Origin: Gemmatimonadales bacterium
Lineage (GTDB): Bacteria; Gemmatimonadota; Gemmatimonadetes; Gemmatimonadales; GWC2-71-9
DNA length: 64,000 nucleotides
Assembly (NCBI GenBank): GCA_965249575.1
Contig: OZ252244.1
Location: 3,648,001 to 3,712,000, forward strand
Direction of reading: 5' to 3'
Made by a program: the position numbers and the translations under genes. Shown piece by piece: positions 31,801-41,624 of the stretch; the stretch's first letter is position 1, and every line of letters starts with the position of its first letter. The notes under the pieces were generated by a model. That model was not told the origin of the DNA and ran no database searches. It saw only the letters and a program-made list of their open reading frames with translations.

Positions 31801-33168
31801 GTGAGCAAGACGGTGCGGATCGCTTCGGCCCAGGGTTTCTGGGGCGACTGGCTAGAGGCCCCGGTCCGGCAGGTGGAAGCCGGCCCTGTCGATTACCTGA
31901 TGATGGACTATCTGGCCGAAGTCACCATGTCGATCATGCAGAAGCAGCGGGCGCGAGACCCCGCCCTGGGATATGCGAGGGACTTCATCCCGTTGATGGA
32001 ACGCCTCCTGCCCGATTTGATCGACCGCGGCGTGCGAGTCACGACGAACGCGGGTGGCGTGAATCCGAAGGCGTGTGCCGATGCGGTGGCTGCTGCAGCG
32101 CGGGAGCGCGGCTTGTCGGGCAAACTGCGAATCGGGATCGTCTCGGGTGACGACCTCGTGGACCGGCTCGATGACCTAATCGATCGGGGGCACGCGCTGC
32201 GGAACATGGACACGGAACAGCCGCTGTCGGAGATTCACCACGCGGTCACGAGCGCGAATGCGTATCTGGGTGCGTGGCCGGTGGTGGAAGCGCTCCGGGG
32301 CGGGGCACAGATCGTGGTCACCGGCCGCGTCACCGACACCGGCCTGACACTCGGCCCAATGATAAACGCGTTTGATTGGCCCGAGGGCGCATGGGATCTG
32401 TTTGCCGCGGGAACGGTGGCGGGTCATATCATCGAATGCGGAGCCCAGTGTTCCGGCGGAAACTGCATGGTCGATTGGCGGCGGATCCCAAATCTCGAAG
32501 ATCCAGGCTACCCCATCGTCGAGGCGAGCCCCGACGGCTCCTTTGCCGTAACGAAACATCCTGGGACTGGGGGACGGGTCACGGTGGCGTCGGTATCCGA
32601 GCAGCTGCTCTACGAGATGGGCAATCCCCGCGAATACATCACGCCTGACTGCATTGCCGACTTCACCACTATCGAGCTCAGCCAACTCGGTCGGGACCGG
32701 ATCGGGGTCACGGGCGTCAGGGGTAAGCTTGCCACCGACTCGCTCAAAGTGTCGATCTCCTACTTCTACGGGTACAAGGCGATTGGAACGTTGGTCTATG
32801 CCTGGCCCGACGCCTTGGAAAAGGCGAAGCGGGCTGACCAGATTCTGCGGAAGCGGCTCGATCGCCTCGGGCTCGAATTCGAACAGATTCTCACGGAGTT
32901 CGTGGGAGCCGATGCGACGCATGGCCGGCTCGCGGGCGCACCCCATGCCGACCTCGCCGAAGTACAGTTGCGGATCGGCGTTCGCGCACGGGATCGAGCG
33001 CCCGTAGAGCGGTTTAGCCGCGAAATCGCGCCCCTCATCCTGAACGGCCCACCCAGCGTGACGGGTTTCGCTGGGGGGCGCCCCAAAGTCGAAGAGATCG
33101 TGGCGTATTGGCCGGCGCTGTTGGCAAAATCCGAGGTCCATCCCCGCGTCGAGTTCGTCGACGTCTGA
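31801..33168 (+). CDS. AtuA-family (DUF1446) protein
   Basis: QGFWGD, DYLAEVTM, NAGGVNP, SANAYLGA, VTGRVTD, GHIIECGAQCSGGN, EQLLYE. Confidence 0.88.
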   Translation: MSKTVRIASAQGFWGDWLEAPVRQVEAGPVDYLMMDYLAEVTMSIMQKQRARDPALGYARDFIPLMERLLPDLIDRGVRVTTNAGGVNPKACADAVAAAARERGLSGKLRIGIVSGDDLVDRLDDLIDRGHALRNMDTEQPLSEIHHAVTSANAYLGAWPVVEALRGGAQIVVTGRVTDTGLTLGPMINAFDWPEGAWDLFAAGTVAGHIIECGAQCSGGNCMVDWRRIPNLEDPGYPIVEASPDGSFAVTKHPGTGGRVTVASVSEQLLYEMGNPREYITPDCIADFTTIELSQLGRDRIGVTGVRGKLATDSLKVSISYFYGYKAIGTLVYAWPDALEKAKRADQILRKRLDRLGLEFEQILTEFVGADATHGRLAGAPHADLAEVQLRIGVRARDRAPVERFSREIAPLILNGPPSVTGFAGGRPKVEEIVAYWPALLAKSEVHPRVEFVDV

Positions 33169-33569
33169 TGGGAGCGAAAGGGCGAGCGGGCGTTGGGGCG
33201 ATTGGCAAGCGACGGCCGGTGTCGGATGCGGGTCCAAGGGCGGTGCGACTCGACCGGCTGGCGCACGCACGCAGTGGAGACAAAGGCGACACAGCGAACG
33301 TCGGACTGATTGCCTTGCGGCCCGAGTACTATCCGATACTCGAACGCGAAGTGACGGCGGCAAGAGTCGCCCGGCACTTTCGTGGTATCATCCACGGGCA
33401 CGTCGACCGATTCGAGCTGCCCAACCTCAACGCTCTCAATTTTCTCCTCCATGGCGCGCTCGGTGGCGGAGGGACCCTCTCCCTGAAGACGGACGCCCAG
33501 GGGAAGGTCTATTCCACGGCACTTCTCAGAATGGAGATATCCGTCCCGCGGGGGCTGCGTGTCCGCTGA
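33168..33569 (+). CDS. stand-alone AtuA C-terminal-like domain protein
   Basis: AHARSGDKGDTANVGL..RFELPNLNALNF..ALGGGG..DAQGK; start uncertain. Confidence 0.8.
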   Translation: MGAKGRAGVGAIGKRRPVSDAGPRAVRLDRLAHARSGDKGDTANVGLIALRPEYYPILEREVTAARVARHFRGIIHGHVDRFELPNLNALNFLLHGALGGGGTLSLKTDAQGKVYSTALLRMEISVPRGLRVR

Positions 33570-34329
33570 ACGAATCATGACTGCTCTCGCAGATGGCGTC
33601 CTGACGGTCACTCTCAATCGCCCCGACAAGCGTAACGCCATCGACCGGCCGATGATCGACGAGATACTCGGGCAACTAGAGCGCACCGAGCTCGATCAAC
33701 AGGTGAGGGTGCTCGCCCTGCGGGGAGCCGGCAAGGATTTCTGTGCCGGCGCGGACCTGGCTGAGTTACTGGCCTCAGCGGACGCGAGCGCGCGAGAGCA
33801 CGTAGAGAATGCCGCCCATCTTGGGAGCGTGTTCGTCAAGATGCGCCAGCTCTCGAAGATCGTGGTCGCGGTGGTGCACGGTCGCGCGCTCGCCGGTGGC
33901 TGTGGGCTGGCAACCGCCTGTGATATCGTGGTGGCGAGCGGCGATGCCCGGTTCGGATATCCCGAGATCCAGCGCGGGTTCGTTCCCGCGATGGTGATGG
34001 CGATACTGGCGCGGTCGGTCGGCGAGAAGGTTGCGTTCGATCTGGTGGCGACGGGGCGCCTCCTCAGCGCGGAGGAGGCGGCTAGCGTGGGAATCGTCTC
34101 TCGCGTGATCGAGCCCACAAGGTTCACGGAAGCAGTCAACGACTTCTTCGAGGGACTTGCATCGTCGAGCCTTTCGGCGCTCGGACTGATCAAACGTCAG
34201 GTCTATGCTCTCGACGGACTCTCGTTCGAGGAATCGATTCGTCTCGGGGCGGATGTAAACGCCGCCGCTCGCGCGACACCGGACTTTCGGGAGGCGGTCG
34301 AGCGGTTTCTGGACAAGACCCGGTCGTGA
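33559..34329 (+). CDS. enoyl-CoA hydratase (methylglutaconyl-CoA hydratase-like)
   Basis: LNRPDKRNA, FCAGADL, ALAGGCGLATACD, FGYPE. Confidence 0.88.
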   Translation: MSAERIMTALADGVLTVTLNRPDKRNAIDRPMIDEILGQLERTELDQQVRVLALRGAGKDFCAGADLAELLASADASAREHVENAAHLGSVFVKMRQLSKIVVAVVHGRALAGGCGLATACDIVVASGDARFGYPEIQRGFVPAMVMAILARSVGEKVAFDLVATGRLLSAEEAASVGIVSRVIEPTRFTEAVNDFFEGLASSSLSALGLIKRQVYALDGLSFEESIRLGADVNAAARATPDFREAVERFLDKTRS

Positions 34330-34428
34330 CACCGTTGCGTCGTTATTAGAGGACACCGACATAGAATACCGGAGTCACAGGTGCTAGGGTGGGGTTTCAA
34401 GCTCCCGAGGCTGCATGTCCATCGCCCG

Positions 34429-35352
34429 ATGGCCCTGGGCGTTGCACCAGTGTTGGTTGCGGTGTTGGCATGCTCGACGCCCGAACGAAACGGCGAGCGG
34501 GTGATGGATGAATCGGGTCTGGGCACCGTCGTCGTCATGCTCGGCACCGGAACGCCCAACGCGCATCCCGAGCGGATGGGTCCGGCGGTGGCAGTGGTAG
34601 CCAACGGCACCCCGTATTTGATCGACGCGGGAGCGGGCGTCGTGCGGCGAGCCAATCAGGCGAGCCGAGAGGGACAGCCGGCGCTTGCCCCCGAGCGCCT
34701 ACGCCACGTCTTTCTTACTCATTTGCACACCGATCATACACTGGGGTTGGCGGACGTCATGTTCACCCCGTGGGGCCTGGGCAGGTCCGACCCGCTTGAG
34801 GTCTACGGCCCACGTGGCATCAAGGCCATGACCGATCACCTCCTACGGGCGTACCAGGAGGACATCCGCATACGAATCGACGATCTCGAGCCGATCAACG
34901 CGGATGGATACCGGGTCCGGGTACATGAAGTGAAGCCGGGCATCGTGCTCGAGAATGACCACGTGCGCGTGAGTGCGTTCGCGGTGCAGCACGGGTCATG
35001 GCAGGAAGCATACGGATATCGCTTCGATGCGGCTGACCGCTCGATCGTGATTTCCGGCGATGCGAGGCGGAGCCAGAGCGTCGTCGACAGCTGCGCCGGA
35101 TGCGACGTGCTCGTGCACGAGGTGTATTCATATGCCGGCTTCCAGCACCGCACTCCGGACTGGCAGCGATACCACAGCAGCTTTCATACGTCGACGCTCG
35201 AGTTGGGCGAGATCGCCACGCGCGCCAAGCCAAGCGTCGTCGTGCTGTACCATCAGTTGTTTTGGGGGGCGACCTCCGACGATTTGGTGCGGGAGATTGG
35301 AACCGTGTACGATGGACTGGTGGTGTCGGCAGAGGATCTCGATGTCTTCTGA
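34429..35352 (+). CDS. MBL-fold hydrolase, RNase Z/arylsulfatase-like, probable lipoprotein
   Basis: LGTGTP, LIDAG, THLHTDH, ISGD, VLVHEV, VLYH; VLAC lipobox. Confidence 0.8.
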   Translation: MALGVAPVLVAVLACSTPERNGERVMDESGLGTVVVMLGTGTPNAHPERMGPAVAVVANGTPYLIDAGAGVVRRANQASREGQPALAPERLRHVFLTHLHTDHTLGLADVMFTPWGLGRSDPLEVYGPRGIKAMTDHLLRAYQEDIRIRIDDLEPINADGYRVRVHEVKPGIVLENDHVRVSAFAVQHGSWQEAYGYRFDAADRSIVISGDARRSQSVVDSCAGCDVLVHEVYSYAGFQHRTPDWQRYHSSFHTSTLELGEIATRAKPSVVVLYHQLFWGATSDDLVREIGTVYDGLVVSAEDLDVF

Positions 35353-35388
35353 CGGCGTTGTGGACGGGGGGCTCGTCGCAAGCGGGAG

Positions 35389-36093
35389 GTGGCTCTGACT
35401 TATGCCGGGCCGGCCGGGGCTTTGCCAGGCAGGCGGAATGCGGTTGTTGGAAAGACGGTCGCTGTTCTCGTGCTGCTGTTCGTATTTCTGATTGGGGTCA
35501 AGGGTCTCGGAAACGGCTTCAAGCTTCTGGGGAGTGATGTTCTAGACGTATTCTTTTCTGCCACGACCAACCCGTTCATGGGACTGGTCATCGGCATTCT
35601 CGCCACGACCCTCGTGCAGAGCTCGTCAGTATCCACGTCGATGATCGTTGGACTGGTTGCTGCTCCGGAATCCCCCCTCCCGGTCGCCAACGCCATTCCA
35701 ATGATCATGGGTGCCAATATCGGCACCACGGTGACGAACTCGCTCGTATCGCTCGGGCACCTAGGACGCAAGGACGAATTCCGACGCGCGTTCTCTGTCG
35801 CAACGTGTCACGACTTCTTCAATTTCACTTCCGTCGGCATCCTGCTGCCGTTCGAGCTCGCGACGGGGTTCCTACGGCGCTCATCCAGTTTTTTGAGCTC
35901 CGCGTTGGGCGGCTTTGAAGGAGGCGGCTTCGACACCCCCGTGCGGCGGCTGATCAGCGCGGGCTTCGACCCCATCGAGGCCTTGGCGGAACGGCTGGCG
36001 GGGAGTGGGACGGGACATGGAATCGCCATCATCGTGCTCCGGATCGAGCGTGACCCGTCCTGCTCCCCCGTTCAGCGCGCTAGGGTTCGATAA
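35389..36093 (+). pseudogene. Na/Pi cotransporter (NptA/SLC34-like), C-terminally truncated
   Basis: LVQSSSVSTS, IMGANIGTTVTN, HDFFN; only one QSSS repeat, with an aberrant tail after ~36040. Confidence 0.7.
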
Positions 36094-36327
36094 GTACACG
36101 GCGGGCGCTGCGATCGCCGTCGGGGCGGCATTCGCGTTTCCTCTCTAACGTTGGCTGGATCGAAGAAACGCCGCAGTTTCCCCCAATAGCGTTGTATGGG
36201 GACTAGGCCTGCGGTACGGCGCGGTAATGACCGGTGCCGGCGTTCACTGGGTGATGAGGTCGGTGCCGCAGCGACCACTCTCTCACATGTGAACGCGATT
36301 CATTGCTCCCCATCACAGCCGCGCGTC

Positions 36328-37536
36328 GTGCCGGACTTGGAATCAGCGCGGCAAGTCTTGCAGGCTGTGTGAGGACACAGTGACTTTCGCGCAGGTCAGC
36401 GGCGTGCCGTACTCGCCCTCCTCCATGGTCGAGACTGCCTGGCGGTCCTCCCAACCGGGGGCGGGAAGTCCATTTGCTTCCAAGTACCGGCACTGGCTCT
36501 TCCCGGACTGGCGGTCGTAGTCTCACCACTCATTTCGCGCATGCAGGATCAGGTCGGGCAACTGCGCTCCAGGGGGGTACCGGCCGCATACCTGAGCAGT
36601 ACGCAACGACCGGGAGTCCAGGCATCAGTTTGGGAAGCGGTGCGAACCGGCCGCCTCAAGCTGCTATACCTGTCACCCGAACGCGCCGGACATCTCACTA
36701 CCCAAGCGCCGCGAATCGACACGTCCATCTTCGCCGTCGATGAGGCGCATTGCATCAGCGAGTGGGGGCACGATTTCCGTCCTGACTACCGACGTCTGGG
36801 TCGCGTGCGGCTTGCGCTCGGGCTTCCGCCAACGATCGCGGTCACTGGAACGGCCACCCCCGTGACTCAGCTGGACGTGATGCGATCGCTCTCCCTCACG
36901 CGGCCCGTGCGCATCGTCCGTTCGTTCGATAGGACGAACCTGCATCTTGCCGTCAGCCGGGTCGACCAGGAATCCAGCCGCCTTCGGACAGCCGCCCGGC
37001 TCATCCGGTCCCGGCCGGGGAGTGCCATCGTCTACGTCCCGACGCGCGGTCGCACGGACGGTGTGGCAACGGTGCTCAGGACGTGGGGGATCAACGCCGC
37101 TCCATACCACGGCGCGTTGCCGGGGCCCGCGCGCCGCTCGCTGCTGTCCAGATTCCTCGACGGGCGGGTTCGGGTGATCGTGGCCACGAGCGCGTTTGGA
37201 ATGGGCATCGACAAGGCCGACGTGCGCACCGTCGTACACCTAGGAGTGCCTCAGCGGCCGGAGGCCTACCTTCAGGAGGCGGGCAGAGCAGGACGCGATG
37301 GGGTGCCGGCGGTGTGCTGGCTTCTGTGGCGCCGCGGGGACTTGGAGGTAGCCACCACTCTCGCGATGTCGGGGCTGAAAGGCCGGCGACCATCGCCAGC
37401 CCACCGGCTCGCCGTGGAGCGCGGACTGGTCACCATGAACCGGTACCTCCACACGCGGCGGTGTCGCCGGAGAATCCTGCTGTCGTACCTCGGTCAAGAG
37501 ATGAAGGCGTGTTCCGGCTGCGATAGGTGCCGTTGA
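36328..37536 (+). pseudogene. recQ: short RecQ-family helicase with an in-frame TGA at 36370-36372
   Basis: QVLQAV*GHSDFR..LPTGGGKSICFQVP in frame with VDEAHCISEWGHDFRP, ATSAFGMGID, QEAGRAGRDG, CRR..C..CDRC; no HRDC. Confidence 0.8.
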
Positions 37537-37657
37537 CGCCGGCCCTCTCTTCAGCCGTTACCAGTCCACCGCCGCGGGTCCGCGAGAGGTCACGCGAGGC
37601 CGAGCGCGGTTAAACTGGACCAACCTGGTGGGCTGAACTAACTTAGGACCAACCATC

Positions 37658-39268
37658 ATGCTCGACCAACACAAATTCGCTGTGCTTCTGGCACGCCTCG
37701 TCGACCTCGTGCGCCGTACGCCGGATCAGGTGGACGAGCAGAAGGCGGCGCTTCAATCGCTGCTTCAGCTTGCAGAGGCTGGGAGTTCCGCGCTCCGGTG
37801 GGGCGAGGGCGGGCTGTACGTTGAAGGAGTGGCGGTGCCACCCGACCTACCGCTGGTCTCCGCTCTCCACACCCAACTCGCCGCACACGGGGTCGGGGCT
37901 CTTCACGTTGCCCAGGGGCTGATGGCTGCCGACGCCATGGTCCTCGTACGGGGTCTGGCCGCGGTTCCGGAAATGGAGGGGCAGGCGAGTGAGGCGCTCG
38001 CGGCGCAGCTCCATGACGCAGGAGTAAGTGGCATCTTCGTCGTCTCGCGAGACAGGGTGCAGGCGGCGAGCCAGCTGGAGGGCGGCCGGGTGACCGGGGC
38101 GATCCAGGGGGCGGGCTTGGTTTCCGGAGAGCCCCTGGCACCGATGCCCCCGGCCAGTGAAAAGGAAGCGGAGGACCCCGACGTACTCCCGGTGCAAGAT
38201 GCTGCCGTGTACAAGCAAATGCTCGACCACCAGCAGGCGGCTACTCTTTCACTCCCGGCGGCGTTGGGCCTGCTCCGCAGCCAACCGGACGGTCCGGGCG
38301 TATCGGAGGGCCTTAACGTCGTCCTGATTGGTATCCGGGACGCCGTCCACACCAATCGTATGGAGGAGGCGGTTGACGCGTTTCTCACCGTCATACGGCT
38401 CGAGAAGAACATGCCGGAGAGTGGCGTCCGCAGAACTTACGAGCTCGCGCTTGCCCGCATTCTCGTGGACGAGATGCTCAAACCGCTAGCCAGCGTCCTG
38501 CTTGATCCTCTGTATACGCGCGACGTGGCCGAGATCATGGCGCGCGCCGGTTCGGGGGGGACGCAGCATCTACTCCATAAGCTCGTTTCGGCACCATCGT
38601 TCGCCGAGCGGAGGGTGCTTCTCGAGGTGCTCAGCGACATGAAGGACGGCAAAGAGATGGTCGTGGCAATGTTGAAGCAGCCGGACTGGTTTGTCGTCAG
38701 GAATGTGGCTGACTTGGCGGGAGAGCTGCGGCTTCAAGAGGCAATCCCGCAGCTTGGCAAGCTGGTTGAGCACAAAGACGGTCGCGTTCGTCGATCCGCG
38801 GCCCTCGCGCTGGCCAAGGTTGGAACGCCGGAATGTGCATTGCACCTCGTAAAGGCGGTTCACGACGACGATCCTCAGGTCCGCTCAGGCGCCGCACAGG
38901 GGATCGGCGGCCGGGTGTTTGGTGCCCTGTTAATGCAACTCCTGACGGCGGTCGAAAAGGAGGAACATCCGGCGATTCAGCTCGAGCAGTACAAGGCGCT
39001 CGGCCGAATTGGCACGCCGGATGCCATTCAGGGACTCAAGAATGCGGCGGAGCCCGGTGGGCGGATCGTCGGGCGACGTCCTGTAGGCCCACGCCTCGCC
39101 GCCATCGAGGGGCTCGCGTTGGCTGGAGGCGAACCAGTCATGGCGGTGCTGAGAGATCTGAAGGACGATCGGGATGCTGACGTGCGGAAGGCCGCCGAGA
39201 AGGCGCTCGGGCGGTTGTTGCTGCCGCAGGGCGGTGCCTCAGGAAGCCAAAAAGGTCGCGGCTCCTAG
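37658..39268 (+). CDS. HEAT-repeat protein
   Basis: WFVVRNVADLAG, DGRVRRSAALALAKVG, DPQVRSGAA, DADVRKAAEKAL. Confidence 0.8.
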   Translation: MLDQHKFAVLLARLVDLVRRTPDQVDEQKAALQSLLQLAEAGSSALRWGEGGLYVEGVAVPPDLPLVSALHTQLAAHGVGALHVAQGLMAADAMVLVRGLAAVPEMEGQASEALAAQLHDAGVSGIFVVSRDRVQAASQLEGGRVTGAIQGAGLVSGEPLAPMPPASEKEAEDPDVLPVQDAAVYKQMLDHQQAATLSLPAALGLLRSQPDGPGVSEGLNVVLIGIRDAVHTNRMEEAVDAFLTVIRLEKNMPESGVRRTYELALARILVDEMLKPLASVLLDPLYTRDVAEIMARAGSGGTQHLLHKLVSAPSFAERRVLLEVLSDMKDGKEMVVAMLKQPDWFVVRNVADLAGELRLQEAIPQLGKLVEHKDGRVRRSAALALAKVGTPECALHLVKAVHDDDPQVRSGAAQGIGGRVFGALLMQLLTAVEKEEHPAIQLEQYKALGRIGTPDAIQGLKNAAEPGGRIVGRRPVGPRLAAIEGLALAGGEPVMAVLRDLKDDRDADVRKAAEKALGRLLLPQGGASGSQKGRGS

Positions 39269-39537
39269 GGTGGGCGGGGGCGGCATAAGCCCCCACGCTA
39301 CGTCGCGCGTTCGCGACGCGCCGGAACGGGAGCTTTCTCCCTATGACCGGTCGAGCTTAACAGGAGTAACCTTGCGTCCTGTTCGCTGGACGGCGAGGTG
39401 CATGACCGGAAGTATCCCGGGAGGCCGCACCATGAGCATTGTGATAAGCCGTTGCTGACCTGACACTTAGAGTCCGGCGCTTGCTACGGAGAAGCGCGGA
39501 GTGGGCCGCGGAACGAAAGTTGTCCCTCAGGAGTGCC

Positions 39538-40989
39538 ATGGAAACGGTCCCCATTTCTTCACTCTCATTTGACCGGTTCTCCCCGATACTCGGGCCGCGG
39601 GGTGCCGCGCGTCTCCAGGCTACGGTGGGCGACGCTCACGCGCTGCTCGGTGATCGGGTGATCTGGCACATCAACTCCACCAAGTCGGGCGGTGGCGTTG
39701 CGGAGATGCTACAGACGCTTCTGGGATACGAGCGCGGCGCTGGACTCGATGCCCGCTGGCTGGTCATCGAGGGCGAACCCGAGTTCTTTACCTTGACGAA
39801 GCGACTGCATCACCGCCTGCACGGCGAAGACGGAGACGGGGGGCCGCTGGGGGACGCGGAGCACCGTGCGTATGTGCGGGTCGCCAAGCGGAACGCCGAA
39901 CAGGTGCTCAAGCACGTTCGTCCTCGGGACATCGTCATTCTGCACGATCCGCAGACGATTGGCCTTGCAGAAGCTCTGCTGCTCTCCGGCGCGACCGTGA
40001 TTTGGCGCTGCCACATCGGACGCGATACGATGAACCCCGCGCTGAAGGAGGCGTGGGGGTTCCTGAAACCGTACCTCATGCATGCCCACGCCTACGTGTT
40101 CTCGCGCCCGGCCTACGTCCCGCACTGGCTTGGGTTGCAGTCGGTGTTCATTATTCCGCCGGCTATCGACGCTTTTTCCGTGAAGAACGAGCCCATGAGC
40201 CGCTCGTCTTGTCGGACCATTCTGCGGCACATCGGGCTCCTCAAGGGATTGCCCAACGAGTCACCGAATGGGCGGCTGAACTTCAAACGACTCGACGGCT
40301 CGGATGGGCGGGTGACCCGCCGAGCGGAGATCTACCAGACCGCACCGGTTGCCGGGTGGCGAGTGCCGCTGGTCGTCCAGGTGTCCCGGTGGGATCCGTT
40401 GAAGGACATGGCTGGCGTCATGCGGGGGTTCGCCGACCACTTGAAACAGCTCCGCGGCGCGCACCTCGCGCTCGTCGGTCCCGATGTGAGCGGTGTGACT
40501 GACGATCCTGAAGGCGCGGTTGTGCTGCAGGAGTGCGTGGACCAGTGGCGTGCGCTACCGGACGGTGTGCGGGATCGCATCCACCTAGTGTGCCTGCCGA
40601 TGGATGATGGCGAAGAAAACGCCGTGATGGTGAATGCGATTCAACGTCACGCGACAATCGTTGTGCAGAAGAGCCTGCACGAGGGTTTCGGGCTCACGGT
40701 AACGGAAGCCATGTGGAAGGGTCGACCCATCGTAGCGAGCGCGGTTGGCGGTATTCAAGACCAGATTACTGACGGTGTGCATGGGGTACTACTAGACGCT
40801 CCCACGGACCTCGGAGCCTTCGGGGAATCGCTCGCGCTGTTACTTGAGCGACACCAGTTGGCTCGGCGGCTCGCGCGTAACGCCCGCCGGCGGGCGGCGT
40901 CGCGCTTCCTCGGCCCCCGCCAGCTCACCCAGCACGTTGACTTGCTCTACGCGATCGAGGGGAAGGCTCGGGCCCGCCGCGCAGCCTGA
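39538..40989 (+). CDS. treT: GT4 glycosyltransferase, trehalose synthase TreT-like
   Basis: HINSTKSGGGVAEML, LHDPQ, WRCHI, QVSRWDPLKD, QKSLHEGFGLTVTEAMWK. Confidence 0.82.
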   Translation: METVPISSLSFDRFSPILGPRGAARLQATVGDAHALLGDRVIWHINSTKSGGGVAEMLQTLLGYERGAGLDARWLVIEGEPEFFTLTKRLHHRLHGEDGDGGPLGDAEHRAYVRVAKRNAEQVLKHVRPRDIVILHDPQTIGLAEALLLSGATVIWRCHIGRDTMNPALKEAWGFLKPYLMHAHAYVFSRPAYVPHWLGLQSVFIIPPAIDAFSVKNEPMSRSSCRTILRHIGLLKGLPNESPNGRLNFKRLDGSDGRVTRRAEIYQTAPVAGWRVPLVVQVSRWDPLKDMAGVMRGFADHLKQLRGAHLALVGPDVSGVTDDPEGAVVLQECVDQWRALPDGVRDRIHLVCLPMDDGEENAVMVNAIQRHATIVVQKSLHEGFGLTVTEAMWKGRPIVASAVGGIQDQITDGVHGVLLDAPTDLGAFGESLALLLERHQLARRLARNARRRAASRFLGPRQLTQHVDLLYAIEGKARARRAA

Positions 40990-40998
40990 CACCCCCAA

Positions 40999-41418
40999 CT
41001 ACACGAGAAACCGGTCCTTGACCTCGGGTGTGGCCACTCGGCAGGTCTCACGTTTGCCGAACAGGCGATACCTGTTCTGTGCGACTAGATCGTAGATCCA
41101 ATTCCGAAAGAACCGCGGGACTAACACGAGCCCGTACAGGAGAGGCCACGGGAAGTCGAGACCCCTGGCGATGCGAAGCGCAGCGGTGGAGCGTGTGTGG
41201 TAGTGTTTCCCTTCGATCAGGACGATGCTGGATCCGTCCAGGCGTCCCCCATGCCTGAGGTCACCTACCAGTCGTTGGCCGGCGGCCGACTGAAGGGCCG
41301 CAAAGCGAAATTTGCCTCCGCGGTCCCGCGCGATGACGAAGTTCACCCAGGCGTTGCAGAGATTGCAGACCCCGTCAAAGACTACGATGGATCCGCTGAA
41401 CGAAATAACGCGCTGCAT
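40999..41418 (-). CDS. DCC1-like thiol-disulfide oxidoreductase (DUF393)
   Basis: FDGVCNLC, FAALQS, YDLVAQNRYRLFG..C. Confidence 0.88.
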   Translation of the reverse strand: MQRVISFSGSIVVFDGVCNLCNAWVNFVIARDRGGKFRFAALQSAAGQRLVGDLRHGGRLDGSSIVLIEGKHYHTRSTAALRIARGLDFPWPLLYGLVLVPRFFRNWIYDLVAQNRYRLFGKRETCRVATPEVKDRFLV

Positions 41419-41624
41419 AGAGTGTCGCTTCCTGAACGAGGCGGCCGGGCCGAATCTGGCTATAGGACGCCCAACCACACAAAGCTATCGCCGGGAGCGG
41501 TACCTCGGGAATCGAGCCGCCGGCGGGCGCACGCACATGGCAGGATGACGAGCGTTCGCGCGGGCGAAGGGACGCATTAACTTACCAGGCGACCATCGTC
41601 GGAGTCACCCGCTACCCCAAGACC

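Noticed and set aside
36140..36200. attC-like fragment (CTAAC...GCGTTGTAT)
   Set aside because: No matching inverted arm, the end does not fit GTTRRRY, and there is no integrase or second copy in the window.
36370..36372. TGA recoding (Trp or Sec) in recQ
   Set aside because: TGA terminates many genes here, Trp is TGG elsewhere, and this is not a Cys position.
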